The notes under the pieces: generated by a model | What the model saw: the letters and a program-made list of their open reading frames with translations, nothing else | Told to the model about the DNA's origin: nothing | The model's database searches: none | Position numbers and translations under genes: made by a program | Sequence record: NC_042100.1 | Reading direction: 5' to 3' (one strand) | Length of the DNA: 64,000 bases | Shown: piece after piece, positions 37,383 through 46,325 of the stretch | Layout: the number at the start of each line of letters is the position of its first letter | How positions within the stretch are numbered: position 1 is the stretch's first letter

Positions 37383-40300
37383 ATGATGAAACATATTCGA
37401 CAAATCCTGTTGGACAAAACCGCACTGATTCGAATCAGTTATGCTGAGTCCCAAGGTGACCCGGCGGAGATCGCTTTAGCTAAATCCCGCTTCGACGGTC
37501 TGATGGACGACGAGGTCCAGTTTCTAAGTATTAAAGAACGTTATGAAGGTGCCGGTACCTTCATCGGTGAAATCAAGTTAACTGGTCGTGATGGTTTTGA
37601 ATTCGTTCAAGAATGGTCTCCCGGTGACACCGTCCCGGTATTGAGTAAGAAAGAACGCATTAAGGTCCCTAACCTAGAAGTATTTCGTAATATCGTTATT
37701 CCTGGACTTTATTACGTGGAAGATATTGCCGAACTATGTTTGGTAGTAAAAGAGTCCATGTCAATTCTGGATATCCAGAAACTATTAGGTTTTGAATTTG
37801 ACCCAGGTGAACTAGAAGTTCGCTTGAGTCATTTAAAGGTACAGTCTCCTATCGTGGACGGCACGTTACCCCTTAAAACAGTGACACCTAATCCAGACGG
37901 TACTATGACTGACGGGACAGGTATTAATATTACGGACTCTTCCGTTGAAGGTAATATTTTGCCAGCCAACCCATACGCCCCTACTCAATACATTACTGTG
38001 GAACGAGTAGGTAGTGAACCGGTAATGTCGGCAGAAATTGATAAAGCTTTTAAAGCTGAATTCGTTGGCACGTACCGTCAAGGTGAGATCATCGAAGGGA
38101 CTCTAGGTGAAGATAACACTTTCAACTTAGACTTGGACCTTAAGAATCAACAAACCGACGATTTACAGATGATCGTTTCTGTAGGTCTAGACCGTGATAA
38201 ACTTACCGATGTTTACTCAGTCACTTATATTGACGAACATTGGACTATTGGTGAAGTTACCACACCAGTAGAGTTAACTCGTGTTGGACACCCTTTCCGT
38301 ATTGCAGGTCATGTGGTCGGGGACTTTGGACGCACACCTTGGGGTGACGAACTCCATGAACCTAAGATCATCATTGAAGAAGTTGATCAAGAACCGGTTG
38401 TGGTTCAATTCGACACAAACGGGATGTTTGATATTCAACACACCCCAGTAGTGGCGGGTGACATGACCATTAAATTTGTTTGTGGTCTTCCTCAAGATCT
38501 GAACGTATTCTCTGAAACACATCAGATCCTTACTGCATTGTCAGTCGACGATCTCGTCTTAGGTCCTTTGACTGCGGATAAAACCGAAGTAAGAGCTGAT
38601 GAGTTAGTCACACTGACCAGCACACTGCGTTCATCAGACGGACTAACCCTTACCGATACCCCAGTGGACTTTATCGTTGACGACCAAGTAACCAGTCAAC
38701 TATTCGCCTCTCCGGAAGGTGTATTAGAACACATTTACGATGTAGAGAACGATACTCTGGATCCCGTAACTTACGCTGTTAAATTACGACTTGGTGCCGA
38801 TGAGAGCAATGTGATTACGATTACGGTTCAACCATCTGATCAAGTCCCTGGTCGTTTTGAAATTATCAACGACCAAGGTGAGTTATTTAAAGAAGGTGAG
38901 TTGCGCTTCCGTATTTACGACACGGTAGATCGTCCTATGGTCGGTACTAGCGGTACTTGGTTCCGTGAAGGTGGTGCACCTAAAGCTTACGCTGTGGACG
39001 GTGAAGAATACGTAGCTACGCTAGATTCTCCGGTTGACGTTGAAAACACTGTGGTTGAATCAATCACATTAAAATGTCAATCACTAGAAACCCCAGTAGA
39101 CTTCACCTGGAATTTGGTTCGTCGTTTCGATGAAGTGTTCTTAGAACCTGATAACCCAACGACTGGTGTAACTGACGACACCATTACCTTAACAGGTAAA
39201 ACCTTGGACCAAATCGATGACCCAGTGGGCAATGTTCCATTAGTGTTTAAAACTGATGGTCTTAAGGTCTCTGACATCACATCCAACGAACTGGGTGTGT
39301 TCAGTGTGGAAGTAAGTGAGACTGATGAAGCGGAACATCTATATTCGTTTATTGGTGAGAACGATATCGGTGCTTCTTTAGCAGTAACCTGGGCAAAAGT
39401 TCACCAACTAACTTCTATTGACTTGACTAGCCCTACTACAGTAAGTCTCTTTACTGACGAAACCTTCCAGGTTACCGGTAGACTGTTGGATCAGTATTCA
39501 GAGAACCTAGTAGGTGAAACTGTGACGTTAGAGTTCCCTGACGGTTATACTGAACAACAAGTTACAACCGAGTCAGGCTTTAGCTTCACAGCGACTTACC
39601 GTGATAACGGTTCCCTATCACACACCATTAACGTTAAGGCTGGAGAGTTCACCACCCCAATTAATGTGAATTGGGAAGTTAAGAGCGAACCTATCATCGC
39701 TAACCTTACCGTAGTTCCTAATACGGTAGACATTGGTGAAGATTACACCGTGACTGGTGAAATCGAAGTCAACTACCCTCACGATTGGTCAAGCACTCGT
39801 GTTGCTATCACCAACGATGCAGGTGAGACAACTAACGTGACTTGTGCGACTGATGGCACGTTTACTTATACCGGTACTGCAAGTGCGCAAGGAACCCACC
39901 AGATCAGTGCTGATGCTGTGGACGTAGTAACACCTGAAGAAACCATCACGTTAACTGTTCGTGAACCTCGTGTCCCGACCGCTATTAACGTTCTTAACCT
40001 ACCTGAGAGTGCAAATACTTTTGAAGGTCAAACCGCTACTATTACAGGTAACGTACTAGATCAAGAAAGTGAAGTCATTGATACTGAAGTCACTGCAACC
40101 CTTGACGGGACACCATTGACCAACACCGCGGTAGAACCTGGAACGTTCAGCTTTGACGCTACTCACGACGGTGTGGGTACCGCAGTGATGACCATCAGTG
40201 CTGGTGATGTCACACGTGACGTAACAATCACATGGCGTGCAGTCACTTACGAATTCACTAACGTTAAGATGTTAGAAGAATCCGTACTTCAGGGAGAAGC

Positions 40301-41909
40301 GTTTGGTTTCCAAGGTACCTTGTTCAGTGAAGGCGGTGGTAACGTAGCCGGTAAGACTATCGAAGCATTAGATAGTTCTAACAACCCATTGACTACCGTG
40401 GTTACTGAACCTGATGGTTCTTACTCTGGTACTTACACGTCTAACACCCCTGGCGCGCTGGCGGTTAAATTCCGCTACGGCACAGTGGAGAGCGGGCAGT
40501 ACACAGTTATCATCCGCGAGATCATGGTTCCTACTACGGTTTCAATCAACACTGATCCTAAGACTTCGGATATCAACCAATCAGTCACTTTCGCCGGTCT
40601 AGTTAAAGACCAGAAAGGTAACATCATGGTTGGTGTGTTAGCTGAGCTTAAAGAGGGTGACACAGTACTGGCTTCTCAGGAAACGTTGTTCAATGGTCGC
40701 TTTAGTATCGATCACACTGAAACAGATGCGGGTGTTAAAACTTACACTGTTAAAGTTGGTGATGTTACTCACGACATCCAAGTCACTTGGGTTGACCCTA
40801 ACTTAGTTACGGCAATCAATCAAATCGCACCTATCGATAACGATGTGGTAGCAGGTGAAGAGCTTAGTGTGACAGTAGAAATGTTGAACTCTTCAGGTGG
40901 CGTGGTTTCAAGTAAAGAACCAACGTTTACTTACACCGGTGTAGCGACTCCGACTCAAACTGGTAATGTGTTCACCATCACTGAAACCGAAGCGGCAACC
41001 GCTACCTTGACGGTGAGTGCGGACGGTGTAGACCTTCCAATCGAACTAACGTGGGTAGCGCCTCCGGCAGTCTACAGTACTATTGAAGTAGTTTCAGGTG
41101 AGACAACCGGTACAACCGGTGAAACGGTTCCTGTTAAGATCGTAACTAAAGACCAGAACGGTGATCCGATGCCTAACCAAGCGGTTACTTGGAATACCGG
41201 TGGTGCACCATTCCCAGTTAGCTTTACTGACGGAAACGGTGAACTTACGTTCAGCTTCAGCTCTGAAGATGAAGGCGCAGTAACGTACAACTTCAGCGGT
41301 GGCGGTGGTGTGACAGGTACATCTCACACGATCACTTGGTCAGACCCGGCTCCAGTTTACAGTGCTATTGAGTTAGTGTCTGGTGGAACCTCTGGTGAGG
41401 TCGGCACGCCGGTAGAAGTTGTGATTCGTACCGTGGACCAAAACGGTGAGGTAATGGGTGGTCAAAACGTTGTTTGGAACACTGGCGGTATCCCGTTCCC
41501 ACAACAAACATCGGATGCCCAAGGTCTACTCACTTTCAACCTTAATGCGGACGAAGCTGGTGATGTCACCTACAACTTCCTGGGTGGTGGTAACGTGACT
41601 AAACTTAGCCACACTATCACGTGGTCTGAACCTACGCCGGTCTACACAGGCATCGACGTTCAACATGGTAATCTAGATGTCGCAGCAGGCGAAACAGTAA
41701 CCTTCACTATCACTACTCTTGACCAGAATGGACAACCAATGGATCAAGAACAAGTGGTGATGTACGACGGCAACATGACTTGGCCGGCTCGTACCTCTAA
41801 TCTAGAAGGTGTGGTCGTGTTTGAGTTTACGGAAGCCGAAGCTAAGAGTGTGACCTACGCCTTCCTAGGTGGAGACGATCGTAAAGAGTACACCGTAACT
41901 TGGAGTTAA
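37383..41909 (+). CDS. Large acidic virion protein with tandem Ig-like (Big_1/invasin-type) domains, 1508 aa
   Basis: About a dozen ~95-aa beta-sandwich units (G.T.T..G...DQ.G..V.N..V.......T...G.F.......G...Y...). Confidence 0.85.
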   Translation: MMKHIRQILLDKTALIRISYAESQGDPAEIALAKSRFDGLMDDEVQFLSIKERYEGAGTFIGEIKLTGRDGFEFVQEWSPGDTVPVLSKKERIKVPNLEVFRNIVIPGLYYVEDIAELCLVVKESMSILDIQKLLGFEFDPGELEVRLSHLKVQSPIVDGTLPLKTVTPNPDGTMTDGTGINITDSSVEGNILPANPYAPTQYITVERVGSEPVMSAEIDKAFKAEFVGTYRQGEIIEGTLGEDNTFNLDLDLKNQQTDDLQMIVSVGLDRDKLTDVYSVTYIDEHWTIGEVTTPVELTRVGHPFRIAGHVVGDFGRTPWGDELHEPKIIIEEVDQEPVVVQFDTNGMFDIQHTPVVAGDMTIKFVCGLPQDLNVFSETHQILTALSVDDLVLGPLTADKTEVRADELVTLTSTLRSSDGLTLTDTPVDFIVDDQVTSQLFASPEGVLEHIYDVENDTLDPVTYAVKLRLGADESNVITITVQPSDQVPGRFEIINDQGELFKEGELRFRIYDTVDRPMVGTSGTWFREGGAPKAYAVDGEEYVATLDSPVDVENTVVESITLKCQSLETPVDFTWNLVRRFDEVFLEPDNPTTGVTDDTITLTGKTLDQIDDPVGNVPLVFKTDGLKVSDITSNELGVFSVEVSETDEAEHLYSFIGENDIGASLAVTWAKVHQLTSIDLTSPTTVSLFTDETFQVTGRLLDQYSENLVGETVTLEFPDGYTEQQVTTESGFSFTATYRDNGSLSHTINVKAGEFTTPINVNWEVKSEPIIANLTVVPNTVDIGEDYTVTGEIEVNYPHDWSSTRVAITNDAGETTNVTCATDGTFTYTGTASAQGTHQISADAVDVVTPEETITLTVREPRVPTAINVLNLPESANTFEGQTATITGNVLDQESEVIDTEVTATLDGTPLTNTAVEPGTFSFDATHDGVGTAVMTISAGDVTRDVTITWRAVTYEFTNVKMLEESVLQGEAFGFQGTLFSEGGGNVAGKTIEALDSSNNPLTTVVTEPDGSYSGTYTSNTPGALAVKFRYGTVESGQYTVIIREIMVPTTVSINTDPKTSDINQSVTFAGLVKDQKGNIMVGVLAELKEGDTVLASQETLFNGRFSIDHTETDAGVKTYTVKVGDVTHDIQVTWVDPNLVTAINQIAPIDNDVVAGEELSVTVEMLNSSGGVVSSKEPTFTYTGVATPTQTGNVFTITETEAATATLTVSADGVDLPIELTWVAPPAVYSTIEVVSGETTGTTGETVPVKIVTKDQNGDPMPNQAVTWNTGGAPFPVSFTDGNGELTFSFSSEDEGAVTYNFSGGGGVTGTSHTITWSDPAPVYSAIELVSGGTSGEVGTPVEVVIRTVDQNGEVMGGQNVVWNTGGIPFPQQTSDAQGLLTFNLNADEAGDVTYNFLGGGNVTKLSHTITWSEPTPVYTGIDVQHGNLDVAAGETVTFTITTLDQNGQPMDQEQVVMYDGNMTWPARTSNLEGVVVFEFTEAEAKSVTYAFLGGDDRKEYTVTWS
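41061..41906 (+). repeat. Three tandem 285-nt (95-aa) Ig repeats
   Basis: P..VY..I....G....GETV...I.T.DQNG..M....V.WNTGG.PFP units start at 41061, 41346 and 41631. Confidence 0.9.
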
Positions 41910-41939
41910 CTCTAAACCAAAATAATTAAAATAAGAAAT

Positions 41940-41966
41940 ATAAAGCGGACTAAACATCCGCTTTAT
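41940..41966 (+). terminator. Intrinsic terminator
   Basis: ATAAAGCGGA-ctaaaca-TCCGCTTTAT followed by ATTATTT. Confidence 0.75.
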
Positions 41967-41977
41967 ATTATTTCGAG

Positions 41978-41995
41978 TCTATATCATAAGAGTGT
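41978..41995 (+). promoter_or_regulatory. Putative early promoter, copy 3
   Basis: TCTATATCATAAGAGTGT right after a terminator; heads the 42-46 kb block. Confidence 0.75.
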
Positions 41996-42018
41996 AAGGG
42001 AAACTTAATTAAGCTTTT

Positions 42019-42789
42019 ATGAGTAAGGAAATGTCTATGCAACATCAACGTTATTGTCATGACTTCCAGAAGTTAATGGTCTCTTTGTCATGGCTAGGGC
42101 AAATCATGGGTTACGTGGAAGTATTCGATGAATACCGAGACCGTAAACTCATTAGTACCGACCATGTGTCGTTTGGTATACATCATGAAAACCAATACGC
42201 CTCGTTCTTCTTTCTAGATGAAGATGGTAAATATCATGAAGTCACGCTGAATGATAAAGGTCGTGTCCCAGCTGTTAAAGTGGTTCAAGAACTCCGCACA
42301 CTTATTTTAAATCAACCGGAATTATTCCGATTGTTAGCAGAGAACGCAGGGTCACTTAATTCATTAGTCATCAAAGTGGTAGGGGAAACCATGAAACTTC
42401 ACAGCGATGACTTAGCCAGTAAGTTATTGCGTTACGGACTCAGTGATTATCAAAAGCTCCTAGATGAAGATCTCAAAGCTTTTAGTAGTAACTGGATGTC
42501 TTTATGGGTGTGGTTCTTCACACTCCCTCATATCGCCGCAGAGTTCGATTTAAAGCTAGATGAATCGATCACGTTAACTTATTGTATGATTCGTCCTCGT
42601 TCCAGAGAGTATTGTGAAACAAAAGTTCAAATGGTTCATACCGAGTTAGATAACTTTTACGTCACACTACACTTCGAAACGATCAACACCAACAACAGCG
42701 CTATTGTTTATAAGCACTTAGAACCAAACTTCTGGGACGACGAACGTTTGGATTCTTTTGAACTCATCCAACATTTATATCAAGGTTAA
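42019..42789 (+). CDS. Hypothetical early protein (module-B family), 256 aa
   Basis: FFFLDEDGKYHEVTL..LRTLILNQPELFRLLAE resembles segments of 50284 and 54054. Confidence 0.7.
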   Translation: MSKEMSMQHQRYCHDFQKLMVSLSWLGQIMGYVEVFDEYRDRKLISTDHVSFGIHHENQYASFFFLDEDGKYHEVTLNDKGRVPAVKVVQELRTLILNQPELFRLLAENAGSLNSLVIKVVGETMKLHSDDLASKLLRYGLSDYQKLLDEDLKAFSSNWMSLWVWFFTLPHIAAEFDLKLDESITLTYCMIRPRSREYCETKVQMVHTELDNFYVTLHFETINTNNSAIVYKHLEPNFWDDERLDSFELIQHLYQG

Positions 42790-42790
42790 C

Positions 42791-42820
42791 AACTAAAGGT
42801 GTCTTCGGACACCTTTAGTT
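42791..42820 (+). terminator. UUCG stem-loop
   Basis: AACTAAAGGTGTC-ttcg-GACACCTTTAGTT, 13-bp perfect stem. Confidence 0.8.
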
Positions 42821-42836
42821 ACTTACCGGAGTCAGT

Positions 42837-43856
42837 ATGAAAACATTAATACAAGCTATAAAAACCACGTTAGGTGGACTCGATGTAAACTTTATTCCTT
42901 TTGCAACTGAAGTGGGTGGAGACCATAATGTTGTTTTGGAATGCCAATCTCCTGAAGATTGGAAGTTAAGGACGACTGAGCAAGAAGACATTTTGACTTG
43001 CCGTCGAGGTAAGGTGGACGTAGTCTTTAAAGAACACCCTAATAAGTTTAATTACTTGATTGGACGTTTAGGTGACGCGGTGAACCTAGCCTATTTAGAC
43101 CATCGTGATATTAATCGTTGGATCCCCAAAATTGTGGACCGTGATATCACCCGTGGTTATTTTAACTTACTCGTTACGATCCGAACGATCCTTCGTCACC
43201 TAAAGGCTAATGAAGAAGATTTCCCGTTCCCAATTAAGCTGAATGAAGATACCGCGCTACCTATGTTCCTAGGTCGTTATAGTGATCATCCAGACTTAAT
43301 CCTTTGGTCCTTTGAATTGGAAGGGACTGAGAGATGGTTATTCTTGGACGATCCTGAACCTTGTTATACTCCCGTAAGTGAGTATTTAGCGATGTGGTGT
43401 TCCCGTAATGAATTGGTTGTGGATGAGCTAATTCAACAACTCCGCCATGAAGCAAAGGCTCGCTTTGGTGTGGAGTTCCATTACGAACCTCCTATTGGTC
43501 TAACTATTCTAGCAGAGTTAATGGATCACCCTAAGTACCTTCCTACTTACGGTCACCTCCCGGCACCTTGCATTAAGGGTGAGTCTAATAACGTGACACT
43601 TAGTATGCGACCAAGCGAAGAACACGGACGCATCTTAGAAGTAGAAATCGAAGGTAAGCATTTCTGCGTCTCTATCGAGTCAGGCGCGGTTTTAGATTTA
43701 CCTGAAGACATTCTCCCAAGTGATTATCTAAAATTGAATGTCGTGCTTGTCACGTACATTTATAACTATTTTGGTGACCACAACGCTGAACCCTACGGTC
43801 GAGTATTGTTTTGCAATATGATCGACGAGAAAATCAACCAACTTACCGAGATCTAA
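42837..43856 (+). CDS. Hypothetical protein, 339 aa
   Basis: SD GGAG; long co-oriented ORF. Confidence 0.75.
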   Translation: MKTLIQAIKTTLGGLDVNFIPFATEVGGDHNVVLECQSPEDWKLRTTEQEDILTCRRGKVDVVFKEHPNKFNYLIGRLGDAVNLAYLDHRDINRWIPKIVDRDITRGYFNLLVTIRTILRHLKANEEDFPFPIKLNEDTALPMFLGRYSDHPDLILWSFELEGTERWLFLDDPEPCYTPVSEYLAMWCSRNELVVDELIQQLRHEAKARFGVEFHYEPPIGLTILAELMDHPKYLPTYGHLPAPCIKGESNNVTLSMRPSEEHGRILEVEIEGKHFCVSIESGAVLDLPEDILPSDYLKLNVVLVTYIYNYFGDHNAEPYGRVLFCNMIDEKINQLTEI

Positions 43857-43859
43857 ACC

Positions 43860-44192
43860 ATGTTAAAATCCCAACTAGAGTTTTTCAAAAAGACGATCGA
43901 AGAAGCCAACCAAGACGGCAAGCCTGCACCCGTTGCCAAATACTTCCATGTGCTGGATACCGAAGTGTTCATAACAGGAACAAGAATTTCAGAGTCTGGA
44001 ATAGATCAAGCCCCAGAACTTGAAATGGAAAAACTTAATCCGGTCGAACAAGCACTTTTAACCGGCATCCGTGAAGTCTATGAAGGTCGTCATGCTGACG
44101 TAACCGAGATGTTACCTGAGGACACACCCTTTGAACGCGCTTGGGTGATTGAAGATCATTTGTACGGACTCACCTTTAAAAAGATCCAATAA
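43860..44192 (+). CDS. Hypothetical protein, 110 aa (weak module-C similarity)
   Basis: AWVIEDHLYGLTF resembles RWLHDAYGLTF of 53701. Confidence 0.7.
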   Translation: MLKSQLEFFKKTIEEANQDGKPAPVAKYFHVLDTEVFITGTRISESGIDQAPELEMEKLNPVEQALLTGIREVYEGRHADVTEMLPEDTPFERAWVIEDHLYGLTFKKIQ

Positions 44193-44282
44193 TTAACTTT
44201 CGACTGTGCCTTAGAATTTTATTGATCAAAAAACTTCACTCTCTCAAAAAGTGAAATCAGTAAAAATAATAAGGTACAGTCT

Positions 44283-44735
44283 ATGAAAGCGTCATTAGCA
44301 GAAATGATTAAACGTTTGGTAATCGCACAACACGGTATTTCACTGGATGGGGAATTCGATGTCGATCCCGACACCATCCGACAAAACCCAGATTATCCAG
44401 ATCGTTTTACCGCAGAGGGGTTTAACAATGGTAAACGCATACCGCTATCTTGGAAGCGTGTAAGTATCACACCTATTTTAAATGACCTATGTCATAAACA
44501 AGGTGAACGTGAAGCCGGGGAAGAAGGATTGTACTACGATGAAGGTGCGATGCATCACTATGTTGCTGTTCGCCCTAACCATAAGTTAGAAGACATCAAC
44601 CGCCTACTGGGTTCTTCATTCACCGAAGATCAATTAGTTTTCAGACCAGAGAAATTCGAAGGTCGCTGGGTACTACAGCATCCGTGTTACTATGGTCGTA
44701 TATTCACCAGTGTCTTGCTACCTAAAGCAAGCTAA
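44283..44735 (+). CDS. Stand-alone homologue of the second N-terminal domain of the Ig virion proteins
   Basis: GLYYDEG..VAVRPNHKLEDINRLLGSSFTEDQL..QHPCYYGRI aligns with GLYYVED..LVVKESMSILDIQKLLGFEFDPGEL..QSPIVDGTL in 37383. Confidence 0.65.
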   Translation: MKASLAEMIKRLVIAQHGISLDGEFDVDPDTIRQNPDYPDRFTAEGFNNGKRIPLSWKRVSITPILNDLCHKQGEREAGEEGLYYDEGAMHHYVAVRPNHKLEDINRLLGSSFTEDQLVFRPEKFEGRWVLQHPCYYGRIFTSVLLPKAS

Positions 44736-44755
44736 TACATTAAGGTTTTATAACC

Positions 44756-45280
44756 ATGTCTCAGGAAATAATTTTTATAAAAATGGCAGAGGATTTTGCC
44801 AGTTCAGTTGTCTCTCTACGTAAGAGCAGTGAGTCTGCTTGTTTACGTGGTATCTCCACAAGGCTTAATGACGCTCGCCGTCAATTACATCGTGAAGTCT
44901 CTCGCTTGGGTGCAAAGCCGGGTACGTTAACCGTGACCAACTGCATTCAAATGGAAGTGTTACCTAAGGGATTTACTTCTACGCTAAAAACCAAACTAGG
45001 GCTCAAGATGGATTTAAAGTATCGAGAGTTCCCAGTTGATCATAACTTGAAGTCAGTACTCCCTGAAGACTACTTCCGTCATATTTGCATTGAGTCATAT
45101 CGAATAGCAAAAGAACAAGACGGTAAGTATTTTACTGGAGAACAACTTCAAGAACGTTTTACTGAGTTGCTCAACACACATCTGCCTGAAGAAAGCAAAC
45201 TGGGATTAAGTGGGACTATCCTTCACCCTTGGACTCATAACGCTCAATTCAGACTGACGTTGACTGATTTGGTAGACTAG
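44756..45280 (+). CDS. Hypothetical protein, 174 aa
   Basis: Co-oriented ORF; possibly a diverged relative of 44283. Confidence 0.7.
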   Translation: MSQEIIFIKMAEDFASSVVSLRKSSESACLRGISTRLNDARRQLHREVSRLGAKPGTLTVTNCIQMEVLPKGFTSTLKTKLGLKMDLKYREFPVDHNLKSVLPEDYFRHICIESYRIAKEQDGKYFTGEQLQERFTELLNTHLPEESKLGLSGTILHPWTHNAQFRLTLTDLVD

Positions 45281-45281
45281 T

Positions 45282-45752
45282 ATGGACACTTGCATCTCGG
45301 ATCTCCCGGAGGACATAGACGTCCCGACGGCGATCTTACACCAACACCAACAATACTGGTGTGTGGTAAACAAACGGGATGGTAAGTGGTATGGTTACGT
45401 TGGTTCTTCCGGTAAGGGGAACCAACGTACCAAATATACCGCTTTTACAATATTTAGACCGGTGCACGAAGACATCATAGTTAGTGTGCTGTTTGAGTAT
45501 TTAACCAACCCTAAGTTGTTCGACCTCGTTAGTCGACGGTCTTACAAATTCACCTTAACCACATTAAAACAATTACTGGACCACTTTTATCCATTGGGAA
45601 AAATTTGGTCTGTTCGTTATCGTAATCGCCCCGCTTATTTAAGTTCAGGACAAGGTCGGAAGTTGTCTTTGAAAGTAGCAGGTAATCACGAACTCACTTT
45701 AAACATCGATGATTGGAAACCCAATCTAATTCAATCTCGAACTTTTATCTAA
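45282..45752 (+). CDS. Hypothetical protein, 156 aa
   Basis: Coupled to the upstream stop. Confidence 0.65.
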   Translation: MDTCISDLPEDIDVPTAILHQHQQYWCVVNKRDGKWYGYVGSSGKGNQRTKYTAFTIFRPVHEDIIVSVLFEYLTNPKLFDLVSRRSYKFTLTTLKQLLDHFYPLGKIWSVRYRNRPAYLSSGQGRKLSLKVAGNHELTLNIDDWKPNLIQSRTFI

Positions 45753-45771
45753 ATTCATTAAGGAGTCATCC

Positions 45772-46263
45772 ATGACTGACAAGCAAATCATCCAAGGTCG
45801 TAGCTTTACCTTTAACACTAAGACGTCTTCTCGAATCGAATCATCTTTCGATGGAGAGTACGGCACTTTGGTCATCAAGCTAGACGACGGTAAAGAAACC
45901 AATCTAACCCGTCGCACTTACCCTAAAAGTTTTATTGATGGTTTTAACGGCAGTGAGATTTGGGGAGCCCAACAACTAACTAAGATTTTGTTGGGGTTAT
46001 TTATCATCGACCCTAAAGGTCTGATCAATCTTAGTCGTTCCCCTAGAACGTGCCTATCAACACTAATCAACGTCTACCGTGAAGAGTTCTGTATCAAGGG
46101 AACCTTTTTCTATACTGATGTTGAACTGTCCATGGAATCAGTAGTTATTAGTTCGCAAATCGAAAAAGATGTTCGCATTGAAACACCTAATATTCGTGAA
46201 CTCACCACAAGTCTGTTAAACAAAATCATGGAAGTGTCAAACCGTTATGCTCGTAAACGCTAA
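45772..46263 (+). CDS. Hypothetical protein, 163 aa
   Basis: SD AAGGAG. Confidence 0.7.
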   Translation: MTDKQIIQGRSFTFNTKTSSRIESSFDGEYGTLVIKLDDGKETNLTRRTYPKSFIDGFNGSEIWGAQQLTKILLGLFIIDPKGLINLSRSPRTCLSTLINVYREEFCIKGTFFYTDVELSMESVVISSQIEKDVRIETPNIRELTTSLLNKIMEVSNRYARKR

Positions 46264-46275
46264 ACGAAAGTGATA

Positions 46276-46310
46276 AGTAACTAGGACTCCGATAAGGAGT
46301 CCTAGTTACT
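46276..46310. terminator. Bidirectional intrinsic terminator
   Basis: AGTAACTAGGACTCC-gataa-GGAGTCCTAGTTACT between convergent genes. Confidence 0.85.
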
Positions 46311-46325
46311 ATACTTATTTATTTT

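Noticed and set aside
41061-41906. Possible DGR template/variable repeat pair in the Ig repeats
   Set aside because: Differences between repeats affect all four bases rather than adenines only; no reverse transcriptase in the window.
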